Source: Proteromonas lacertae (taxonomy: Eukaryota). Taken from it: a stretch of 64,000 bases of DNA. The notes below the pieces were generated by a model that made no database searches, was not told the origin of the DNA, and worked only from the letters and a program-made list of their open reading frames with translations. The stretch spans positions 62,001 through 126,000 of the forward strand of contig NGBS01001161.1 in NCBI GenBank assembly GCA_002245135.1, given 5' to 3'. Made by a program: the position numbers and the translations under genes. The stretch's first letter is position 1; each line of letters starts with the position of its first letter. This document shows, one piece after another, positions 53,258 through 64,000 of the stretch.

Positions 53258-54795
53258 ATGATGGATTCACAGCCTTTAGAAGCTAAAAAATCGCATTTTA
53301 AATTTCAGAAGAGATATTTAGTGTCTGTTATGTGTCATATAGCTTTATTTATCGTATATCAACTAATTTTCTTTTAATTAGGTTTACTTTATGAGAGTTG
53401 ACATGTCAGTGACTGCTATTCCAATGATGGATGAGTATGGATGGTCTAGTATCTATTTTACATATACTTTTTCTTAGAACAGATGAAATCCTATATTCTA
53501 TCATCATTCTTTTGGGGTTATATTGTTTTGCAAATACCATCTGGATGGTTAGCAACGAAATATGGAGGAGTATATCTTTTTTCAAATGATTTTTGTTCAT
53601 TTTGTTCTCTTTCATTGTAATTACTCCAGTATTAGGTGTTGGCGTATTTATGACAACGGTGTTAACATTTTTAATACCAGTATGTGCTAAATATCCATGG
53701 TTATTAATGATTAATCGATTCTTTGTTGGATTATTTGAAGCAACATCATATCCAACAATTCATGCAATTTTAACTAGTTGGTGTCCTTTCAAAGAGCGAA
53801 GTACTCATGTAGGATTCATTTGGTGTGGTGCTTCGTTAGGAACTGCGTTTGGAATGCCATTTGCAGGTGTATTATGTGATAAATGGGGTTGGAGAAGTGT
53901 TTATTATGTTTATGGCTTTCTAGGAATAATTTGGGCAATATTTTGGTTTTTGTTAATTAAATCTGATCCTGCTAAAGACAAGCATGTTTCTGTAGAAGAA
54001 TTAAATTATATTGAAAGTGAAACAAACAATGATATAAGTAATTCCTTAATAAAAAATGATAATGATAATCTTCTAATAGCAGTAACAGCAACAGAAGAAT
54101 CTAATTTGTTAGATGAAACAAAAGTTAAATCTAATGACAGAAATAAATCATCATTTACTGATAAACCAGTTCCATGGTTGGGATTTATAACAAATACATC
54201 AGCATTAGTATCAGTGATGAGTCATTTTACATGTAATTGGTGTTTTTATCAATTAGTTACATATATGCCAACGTATATGAAAGAAGTATTAAATGTTGAT
54301 GTAGCTAAAGCAGCTTATGTTTCCATGTATCCTTATCTATTTATTGCTTTTGTCAACGTGTTTGGTGCAATTTTAGCTGATTATATATTAGCAAAAAATG
54401 TGATTAGTAAAGTTTATCTTAGAAAAAGTCTATTTGTATTTGGAGTTATTTCAGCAGGTTTATTTCTAATGTTATCTTCATTTTCAACTTCAAAAATTCC
54501 ATGTGTTCTTTTTATGACATTATCTGTTGGATTATCTGGATTTGCTACACTTGGTTATTCACCAAATATCTTGGAAATTAGTCCAAGATTTGGTGGAATA
54601 TTATTAGGAATAGCTAATACATTAGGTGCATTACCAGGTATTGTAGCTCCAATTATAGTTGGTGTTATTACTACTCAATATCCTGGTGCAAAAGGATGGC
54701 ATTTTAGTTTTTTAATCCCAACATGTTTGTATGTGTTTTCTGCTATTGTTTTTCTACTTTTTGCTAAAGTTACTCCTCAACCTGATCTTAATTAG
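53258..54795 (+). CDS. MFS anion:cation symporter (SLC17/sialin-like)
   Basis: YFMRVDMSV, ILSSFFWGYIVLQIPSGWLATKYGG, RFFVGLFEATSYP, WCPFKERS, GWRSVYY, LLGIANTLGALPGIVAP. Confidence 0.92.
53572..53624 (+). other. U12-type AT-AC intron (53 nt, phase 2) in the MFS gene
   Basis: GGA GT|ATATCTTTT...TCTTTCATTGTAATTAC|T CCA gives KYGGVPVLGVG; GT donor with nearby AG acceptors is out of frame. Confidence 0.8.
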
Positions 54796-54889
54796 ATAAT
54801 TATATATTATTATTTAATTGGTGTTATGATGTTAATAATTTATTTAATTCAATTCAAAAAACAAATATATATATTAATATATTTCATTT

Positions 54890-55983
54890 TTAATTATAAG
54901 TTCTCCAATCAGTATATTCAGATGGTTTGGTTTTCAATATATCATCTATCTCTTTCATTATTTCATCAGTCAATTTGGGTAAAACTTCCAAACATTTTAA
55001 ATCTTCCTCAAGTTGTTCTTTCTTTGTTGCTCCTAATAACATCACACTCACATTCTTATTCTTTAACACCCATGCTAAATTTAATAAACTCAAACTACAT
55101 CCCAACTTATCACTCACTTTCTTTAATTCTTTTAATGCATTGTTTAATTCATCCAATGTTTTGAAAGGACTATCATCTAAAATTATTCCACTTAAAAAGT
55201 CTTTCCATCCAGGTATATCTAATCTACTTCCTTTTGGTATTCCATTAATGTATTTTCCACTTAATACTCCACTTGATAATGGAGACCAAATTGTCAAACC
55301 AAGTTTATCACTTTCATATAAATAGCTAAACTCTTTTTCTACTTTTGTACGATGTATTGAGTTGTATTGTGGTTGTTCAACCACTGGACCAATTAAACCT
55401 AAACGATGACTTATCTCTTACACTTAAATTAAAGAATATAAATATTATATTTGTAAAAAAGAAAAATGATATAATTGCTCTAGTGATTTGATCAGCACTC
55501 CATTCACTTGTTCCCCAATATAAAGCCATTCCTTTGTTAATTACATAATCAAATGCTCTTACTATCTCTTCAATTGGAGTAAATTTATCAGGTCTATGGC
55601 AGAATACTACATCTACATATTCCTAAATCCAATCTTTTTAAGGAATCTGTTAATCCTTCAATTATATGTTTTCTAGATAAGCCTTTTTCATTCACATATC
55701 TTGTTTCACCATTTGGTACTACACCCCAGAATAACTTGGTTGATAAAACATAACCACTTCTTCTCACTCCTAATTGTTTTAAGGCTTTACCAACAATCTC
55801 TTCAGATATACCATTACCATATATTTCAGCAGTATCAAAGAAGTTTATACCACTTTCAAAGGCTTTCTTTATTAATTCTATACCAACTTTCTCATCTACT
55901 TGAACTCCATAGATATAAGTACCAAATCCAATTCGAGATACTTTTAAACCTGTATTTCCCAAGAAACTATATTCCATTGCCAT
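54890..55983 (-). CDS. Aldo-keto reductase, Kv-beta/AKR6-like
   Basis: [80 protein letters not shown]; apparent extra G near 55622. Confidence 0.92.
55418..55472 (-). other. U12-type AT-AA intron (55 nt, phase 0) in the Kv-beta-like AKR
   Basis: ATT|ATATCATTT...TTCTTTAATTTAAGTGTAA|GAG gives [21 protein letters not shown], matching family spacing. Confidence 0.8.
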
Positions 55984-56496
55984 TTTAGATTAAAAGATAT
56001 AAGGATGAATCTTTTATTGAATTTTGAATTTTGTTAAATGAAATTATCTTTACAAAACACATATTATCTTTATAAACACTTACATTTGTATACTTGAAAC
56101 GCATCATTTTGAATTTGTATATCCTATACATTGATATATACATTCATGACGTTGAAGACGAGCATATTATTTGTGTACAATATAACTCATCTGTTTAAAT
56201 CATAATATAACATTTAAGAAAACATAGAAACTCATTATTAACAATAACATTACTCTATTACTTCTAAATATGCCAATCTATTTGCAGATAAGATTGTAAC
56301 TCTTTTGTACTTTAAAGACATTTGAATACATTTCTATATTTCAATTTACGATATTTCAAAGGAAATATTCATAACATCAAGTATATAAATAAAAAAAGAA
56401 AATGAAATGATTTGAAGTAATCAAACCTATATGATATAAAAACAATAAATAACCAAAACAACATCCTTAAACCAAGAAAATAATACAAATTATTAT

Positions 56497-57759
56497 TTAT
56501 ATTTTCATCAACTCTTCAACTGTAACATTTCTATTCTCTTCTTTCACACAATATTTCATCATTTTTATTATATCTTCTACATAGTTCTTCATTTCTTCAT
56601 CAGTAAATTGGGGATAAATATAATCATTACTAATATAGCAGCCAGTTCCAGCAATAGTGAAAGAAAACATTACCATACCATCATTATTTGGGTTATCAAC
56701 ATTAGAAGCTAAGAAATTTTGACTTAAAACATCAAATGAAAATTTACCTTCATAATGTTTTTGATTTGGTCTTCTACCCATTGTACAACATGTTATAGTA
56801 TGTTTTGGACACTGTCGATAATCATCAGCTAAAAAGAAATCATATAATTGTTGTTTTTCTTCTATTGCAGTATGTAATTGCTTTGTTAAATCAACACAAA
56901 TATCAACGATCTTATCTTCTTTATTTATTTTCTTTAATACATAAGAAAAGAATCCACCACATAATATATCATCATCTAATACAGGAGGATCAAATTCTGC
57001 TCTTCCTCGAGATGTTGCCATTGAATGGAACAGTATTGATTTTGAAAAATCATCTATCTTAAACATCTTCATTTGACTTAATAATGTTGTTATCCACAAT
57101 AAACCTTGGAAACTGCAATGAACATCATGAGTGTATTTCAAGATTTCTTTTAAATCATTTTCAACAATTAAACCTGTATAAACACGACTATACATCTTAG
57201 AAGGATCTTTACATTCATGCAAATAAGTTGGTAAGGCTAGTGTTGGAATAGTTTTATCAATATTATAATCTTTGATAGTAACTTCTTTTGGAATCTTCAT
57301 TCTACCTTGTGCTGAAACATAACTATGAACTTTTGGTTCAACAGTTGGATCGCATAAATGCAAGCATAGCTTATGACATAAATCAGTACATGAAATTCCA
57401 TCTACCATACCGTGATTGTAAATTCCTATAATTTCGCTCTCTTTTTTCTCTTTGTTAGCATAAATAAAATATTGTGATGTGTTATTGCATCGTTTATGGG
57501 TTGCCTTCTTTATATCATCCCAATATTCTTCATCTGAACAAGATTTCTCGAAATAATGCACTGGTGGATGGTAATTGTCTTTATATTCCAATATATCAGT
57601 ACCTTCTCTATATTCTGAAGACAAAAAGGAGTATTCTTTAGTAAGAATGTAAATTGCTTCTTCTATTTGCTCTTTACTTACATATTTGTTGATTTGGAGC
57701 TTCCAACTGCAGGAGCATACACGAACTATTGATTCGTATCTAGTTAATTCAGCAGACAT
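56497..57759 (-). CDS. CoA-dependent acyltransferase (condensation/alcohol acetyltransferase fold), intronless
   Basis: HxxxDG motif (IYNHGMVDGIS), 420-aa single ORF. Confidence 0.7.
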   Translation of the reverse strand: MSAELTRYESIVRVCSCSWKLQINKYVSKEQIEEAIYILTKEYSFLSSEYREGTDILEYKDNYHPPVHYFEKSCSDEEYWDDIKKATHKRCNNTSQYFIYANKEKKESEIIGIYNHGMVDGISCTDLCHKLCLHLCDPTVEPKVHSYVSAQGRMKIPKEVTIKDYNIDKTIPTLALPTYLHECKDPSKMYSRVYTGLIVENDLKEILKYTHDVHCSFQGLLWITTLLSQMKMFKIDDFSKSILFHSMATSRGRAEFDPPVLDDDILCGGFFSYVLKKINKEDKIVDICVDLTKQLHTAIEEKQQLYDFFLADDYRQCPKHTITCCTMGRRPNQKHYEGKFSFDVLSQNFLASNVDNPNNDGMVMFSFTIAGTGCYISNDYIYPQFTDEEMKNYVEDIIKMMKYCVKEENRNVTVEELMKI

Positions 57760-57911
57760 GATAATAAAAATGATATACAGATAAGAATAATCTAGAAATT
57801 GTAAAGATGTTTACAAAACACTTCAAAAATTGTTTTTTAGCTTTTTATAAACCCCGTAACGATAAAATATTTATTTAAAAAATATAAATGGATTAAATTG
57901 TAAAAAATGAA

Positions 57912-60900
57912 TTAGATTTTAAGCTTCATCTGGATCTTTATTACCTTCATCAGCGAAGAATAAAAATACATCATCTAATGTGGTTTCTAAAATTGAATAT
58001 TCATCAATTGATAATTTTTCTTTATTATTCTCCAATTCTTCAAAAATCTTTGAAAATTGAATATTTCCTTCATTTATCTATTTATTATTATTATTAAATC
58101 ATGATACATGATATATTCGAATTATTGAACTACTTTGAGAGGTTAAAACACCCTTTGGATATAATTCTTGAATCATCTTTTCTACTTCTTTTTGATTTTC
58201 TTCAAGATTATTCACATTCTCTATTTAATAATAATTATAATAATAATATACTATTTAATCTCACTGTTAAGAAATATCCATTACCATAATCTCTCTTCAA
58301 ATCAGCACTTGTTCCTAAACATCTCATATTTCCATGAGTTAAGATTCCTATTCTATTACACAAGGTTTCAGCTTCTTCCATTGAATGAGTTGTTAATACT
58401 ATCACTTTACCATTCTCTCTGATATCTTCAATAAAATTCCATAAACTTCTTCTTGTGATTGGATCCATTCCTGTACTTGGCTCATCTAAAAATACTACTT
58501 TAGGATTTCCTATCAATGATAATAATACACTCATTCTTCTTTTGTTTCCACCACTTAAACTAGTAATTCGACTATTTTTCTTCTCAGTTAGATTTACACT
58601 TTCAAGGTAATCCTTTATAAGCCTTTTTCTCGTATCTTTTTCAATTCCAAATAATAAAGTATAACCATTCAAATATTCCAAAGGTGTGAGTGAATCATAT
58701 AAAGCATCAAATTGTGGGCAAACTCCTAAACTACTTCTAGCTTTTTCTAATTCATTTGTTATACTATAATGATTAATATAACCTTCTCCTTCAGATGCTA
58801 TTTCTATTCCTGTTAAGATTTTTATCAATGTTGTCTTACCTGCTCCATTTTCACCTAATAAACCAAATAATTCTCCTGTTCCTATTCCTAATGATAATCT
58901 ATTCACTGCTTGGAAGTATTTACCATCACTCTTTTTAAATACTTTGGATAATTCTTTTATATGAATTAAATCATATTTTGATGAATCATTTCCTTTTTCT
59001 TTAATTCTTTCTACTTCTCTTTCAACATTTTCATCTCCTCTCTCTTCATTTCCTTTCTCTAAATCCACTTTTGTTGATTTGAAAAATGTAGCTGATTTTT
59101 TCTTTTCTAATTTAAATTGCCACTCAGGTAGATATATTTCTACATAATACAGAACCAAACTGAAAAGAATAATCTCAACAAGGAAAATAATAAACATAAA
59201 AATCAGATCTTTATCAGGATCAAATAAATCTTTAAACGAATATGGAACACCTGTCTTCGCTGCTGATTCTAATAATGCTAATTCATAATAATAATAATAA
59301 TAATAATAATAATGTATACAAAATGCTCTATATATTCCATATGGTGGTAGTATTCCACATAAATTCATTACTAATTTAGATGGATTAGTAGTAAAAGAAG
59401 TAAATAGCCAAGGAACTAATGTCATAAATTGAATAACCTCGCCATGCCACTGTTGAACAGCCTATTATACATTATATCTATTTAAAGATACTTGTAAAGA
59501 TCTGAATGGTAATATGGACACATATCCAAATACAGCTGAAAGAGGTGAATAAAGTATTACCATTAATACAAATGCAAAGAAATTGTTATCTGTAACTCCT
59601 TTGAACGAAAAACAAGCCATTATTATAATACAAATAATGAATGGTATAAGTGTTGTAATTGTATCAACAACAGCATGAGATAGCCAATATATTTTTCTAT
59701 TCAAAGATGATATTAACAATTGACTTTTTATATTTTTAGACTTTTCTCTAGCAATATTTTCACCATATATACTACAGATAAAACCAAATATTGAAGCAAT
59801 AATGATCATTACACCTCCATTCGCAAAGGAAATACCTGTAGTAGGAGATATAACAGTCTATTACATAATATATTACACAAATTATAACTATACATCTTTC
59901 ATTCTCATATGTTTTACATTTATTTCTTTCCCATTACTTACTTTTCTATAATAACTATTGTAAAACAAATAAGTGATTGCTCTACTATTATAATTGATAT
60001 TACCATTAGCTATTACATTTAGTCCATTATCATCATATAAACAAAATGGAATTATTTTATTATTGTAATTAGTATTTCTTTCGTATGTATCTACTCTTAT
60101 TTTCTCTATTTCATCTCTTGTAACAAGTTTAAATTCGTAATTATCAGGAAATTGTTCTTTTATATTTGAAACGAGAGTATCAATTGAAGGTGATGAAACA
60201 TATGGAACAAACAGTCTAAATGATATATCAAAATATTAGAATACTTTTCACTTGAATATTGATGAGGATATTTACTCACTTCAAATTCATATTCATTTAA
60301 ATCCTAGATCAATTATAATCAAATTATATGTAAAATATAATATTATATACCCTTAAAACTGTTAAATCTATTACACTACATACAAGCGCCATAATGATGG
60401 GATAATAAATGGCAAACATTGTATTCCAACCTTCTCTCATCTGAGTCTTTGATAGCATATAACAGAATCCTTTAAATTGATTCCATAAAGACATATTAAC
60501 AGTATAATCCAATAATTTCACTTTTACTCTTGATTCTGATTTCCTAATTTTATCAACAGTTTCATTCTTTATTCCTTCTGCCATTTCAATTTCAGTTGTT
60601 TTAGAATCTGGAGACTGTATATCAGGGGATTGTGTATCTGGAGATATAGAATTTGAATTAAGCTCTTGCTTACTCCTCTTATCTAATTCAACGAATACAT
60701 CTTCTAAACTTGGCATTGTCATTGAGATTGATCCAAAATGTAATTCTTCTTTTTTCTCTTCCAATTTCTTAAATAATGTTGATAATTTTGATCCTATCTT
60801 CTAATGGTAAGATATATTTCAATTGCACTTCCATTATCATTCACTCTCTTATATTCAATTATCTCTTTTATTGTTTCATTCAATTTTTCTATCTCACAAT

Positions 60901-63215
60901 TTTCATTCTTCTTTATATTCAAATGATAACCTCTTCCATATTTCATCTTTAATTCTAATGAAGTTCCTTGGGCTTGAATTAAACCTCCAGACATTACTGC
61001 TATTTCATCTCCTAATGCATCAGCTTCTTCCATTGAATGAGTTGTTAGGATTATTGTTTTGTTCTTCTTCTCTTCTTCTAATAAATTCCATACTTTTCTT
61101 CGATTATAAGGATCTAATCCAGTCGTTGGTTCATCTAATACAACTATCTCAGGATTTCCTATTAATGATAATATCAATGATAATCTTCTCTTTTGACCTC
61201 CACTGAATGTACCAGCACATTCATTCATTTTAAATGTCAATCCAACTGATTCTAATAATCTTTTACCTTGTTCTCGAAGTTCATTATCTTTCAATCCTTT
61301 CATATTTCCATATAATAATATATGATCCATTGGAGTTAATTGATCATATAAAATATCAAATTGAGGACAAACACCAAGACTCTTTCTTACTTCTTCTTTA
61401 TTCCTTATTATACTATTTCCATTTATATAAATTTCACCTTCATTGGGAGTTAATAATCCTATTGTCATATTCAATAATGTCGTTTTACCTGCTCCATTAT
61501 GACCTAATAAGGCAAAGATTTCATTTCTCTTTATCTTTAGATTTACTCCTTTCACTGCATTAAATTCATTCTTTTTACCTTTATTGTAGGTTTTATGAAT
61601 ATTTTCTATAACAATTCCGTTTGTTTCATCTTTTTGAGTATTACTACTTTGATTATTTCTCTTATAATATGAAGGCATTAAAAAGTAACAAAATGGTAAT
61701 GGAGTTTCTAAATTCTGTTGAACTACTTTTACTAAATATAAAGCAACAAAGAAATATAAGAAAACACAAATTGATTGAACAATAAATGCATCTTCTGTAT
61801 AAGCACCGTAAATATTTATATTATTCCAATCCATTCCTTTACGATATGCTTCTCCTTCTGTTATATCATGAACAAATATTGCTATTTAATTACAATAATA
61901 GATGATATAAATAAATACAATAAGTCACTGTAGGAATTAAATAGAATATTCCTACAACCACTCTATGAACATCATAAGCAATTAATAAATATTGAACTAA
62001 ATAATACAACAATGGTAAAAATGATAATAATAAAATCATCAATTACATTATAATTAAACGAACTAATAATATAAGTATAAGTGAAAAATTAAAAAAGATA
62101 TTGAAAAAAGAGTTGATGCTTTCTTTACACACACACTTAGAATAAATGTAAAAGGGATGGTACTTACTGAAAATATGTATGAATAAACATAAAACAGACT
62201 GTAGGAAGTATAACGAAGTGCTTTTACTACATATAATCCTAACAATAATATTGCATTTGGTAATATTAACCATATTATTTCAAATACCAGCCATGATAAC
62301 CAATACATATATTCACTCATTCCGTTCATTAATAACATGTCTTTAATTCCTCTTTCTTTTTCAGAACCTAATAATACTGTTAAAGCTTGCATTGTTGTAA
62401 AAACATACATATAATAATACATTGGTTGAATATATTGTTGGACATTAAAAGCATCTGATTCTTCTGGAAAACCGAATCTACTGGAATACTATATGATAGA
62501 GTATATATATCGATTTAACAAAATACTTTAATCAAAGAATCACTCATTTTGGATGATGATTTTTTATTATATATTGCTCTATAAATTGCTTCTTCTAAAC
62601 TACTTATACCATTCAAAAAGAAAATATATTCTTTTTGATAGGGTATTTTTGTATAGTCTAATTCTGAAGGATTTGTTTGATTGTAATTAAATATTCCATA
62701 GTTAGTTGTATAATTATATCTCAAAACAAAACTAGGATTATCTTCAGAATACTCGCTTAAGTCTATCACTGCAAACATATTGGCCGGACATTTTGCAAAA
62801 AAATTATCATACATATCATCATAAGAACTAAAGTCCTTCAATGAATTTGACGTAACACCAATAGTTCTATTAATTCATAAAAAAATTTAAAATACTGTTC
62901 AATTAGTGATATTAAAGCATTTGTATCATCATTCTTAGGGTAATAAGCAATATAATTAGCAACATTTTTGATCTAGATCATAAAATAAGTGATGAGTCAT
63001 ACATCAATAGAAGGTGACACTGGAGAAGATGGAATTTTAGGATATTCTACATAGTAATAATCTATTGTATAGCTAAACATCCAAATCCAAAACACGGTAT
63101 ATAATGGGATTACAAACTCCACAAAAGCAGAGAAAGGCTTTCTTCTATACACCAACACATTTTTCTTAAGCAGAATTAGTAACTGCTGAGTAATAGAAGC
63201 TCCTTTCTTTGACAT
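57912..63215 (-). CDS. Full-size ABCA-family transporter
   Basis: QLLILLKKN N-terminus; two NBDs (GHNGAGKT..FSGGQKRRL..LDEPT; GENGAGKT..LSGGNKRR..LDEPS); EKERGIKD; ~12 introns; indel near 60795. Confidence 0.95.
62043..62101 (-). other. U12-type AT-AA intron (59 nt, phase 0) in ABCA
   Basis: TCA|ATATCTTTT...TTCGTTTAATTATAATGTAA|TTG gives ASTLFSLMILLLSFLP; the TAA just before TTG is in frame, so no upstream AG can serve as acceptor. Confidence 0.78.
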
Positions 63216-63595
63216 TACTTTTTTTTAAATCTCAACTATTTTAAAACGGCGTTTGTGTTTACAAACTTTGTCAATGTTTGTATAGTTTATTGTTAAATAG
63301 AAGAGCAACTGATTATTATATAAAACAACAGAAATGATAAGATAGACGTTAATTTAACACATTTTATTTTATAAATTAATCACTTTGATAATTTATGTTT
63401 TTATAATTGTAAAATATGAATTAAACAATAGAAATAAAGAGTTAAATAGCTATAATAATTAGCATATAATGAGATAAAACAGAAAAAAAATAAGAAAAGC
63501 TCGTTATGTCAAACATAATTAGTTTTGAATGATGAATATCTTAACAAATAGGTGCAATTATGTAGAAAAAATTACAAATCAGAAATATATCCTAT

Positions 63596-64000
63596 TTATA
63601 CTGCAGATTCTGGAGTGTTGATGACAATTTCTTTAATTGGTTGATTGTTGTTTTTATCTATATCTGAGTTATTAAGTTCAATCGTTGTCACAGAATTGTT
63701 CTGTAACTCAATGTTAACCTTATTTTCTCTTTCTCGTTTGGATTTTCTTGTGAAACATGTCATTTTATCAAATAGTCCATGTTTGTACATTTCATAAAAC
63801 AATGTGATGAATATTATTTGACAAGCTAAGCCAACAGGTAGTGCAACATATATTTTCCCTTCTGCTAATCCTCCAAATAAGAAACCAATAGCTGAACTAC
63901 ATGCAGTTGTTAATGCATAAGGTAGCTGTGTTGATACATGCTTCATGTGATTGCAATCACAAGCAGTTGAAGATATAACTGTTGTGTCAGAAATAGGTGA
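63596..64000 (-). CDS. NhaC-family Na+/H+ antiporter, 3' end (partial)
   Basis: SPISDTTVISSTACDCNHMKHVSTQLPYAL is the NhaC C-terminal signature. Confidence 0.88.
   Translation of the reverse strand, partial: SPISDTTVISSTACDCNHMKHVSTQLPYALTTACSSAIGFLFGGLAEGKIYVALPVGLACQIIFITLFYEMYKHGLFDKMTCFTRKSKRERENKVNIELQNNSVTTIELNNSDIDKNNNQPIKEIVINTPESAV

Noticed and set aside
59462..59491. GTATCTTT intron in ABCA as a GT-AG U12 intron
   Set aside because: Only 30 nt (major-class length) with no well-placed branch element; left as U2.
19666..60800. Frameshifts (~19906, 19937, 20174, 28075, 28635, 41650, 55622, 60795; also ~100, 12920, 19260) as programmed frameshifting or RNA editing
   Set aside because: Scattered single-base indels, mostly insertions, with no shared motif, in unrelated conserved genes; long-read assembly error is the simplest reading. 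AKR2 could still be a young pseudogene.
643..62273. Many short antisense or alternate-frame ORFs in the track (e.g. 13916, 16303, 27591, 28273, 54927, 60823)
   Set aside because: Shadows of real genes or low-complexity sequence with no protein motifs.
1..64000. Alternative genetic code
   Set aside because: In-frame stops are explained by short introns or indels; TAA, TAG and TGA all end genes.

Overview
Very AT-rich, gene-dense eukaryotic nuclear DNA in the standard genetic code, with tiny (~25-40 nt) GT-AG introns and short intergenic gaps. The tiny introns, an Ig/PA14 surface protein, a bacterial-type NhaC and a flagellar CFAP251 suggest a flagellated relative of Blastocystis (Opalinata, e.g. 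Proteromonas-like); this is inference, not an identification. About 30 genes can be read, including SGT1, TGS1, HAUS1, RPLP2, clathrin light chain, a GT13 glycosyltransferase, three aldo-keto reductases, zeta-COP x2, CFAP251, NOP10, TAPT1, an ARL GTPase, CMTR1, Rogdi, an SLC17-like MFS, ABCA and NhaC. Highlight 1: six non-GT-AG, minor-spliceosome (U12)-like introns lie in five genes between 37.7 and 62.1 kb. They start ATATC(C/A/T)TT, carry a TCCTTAAY-like branch element and are 45-61 nt long. Three end in AC and three in the rare AA (all ...TGTAA). Highlight 2: a ~10 kb accessory island sits between two apparently identical 683-bp copies of the zeta-COP gene. It holds hAT-transposase-like relics and one giant Crinkler/RHS-type gene (NTPase-REase, coiled coil, 16-aa repeats, second NTPase, polyQ, and a USP domain with catalytic Cys to Ser). 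Scattered single-base indels in housekeeping genes point to an imperfectly polished assembly. All splicing calls were made by eye without RNA data.
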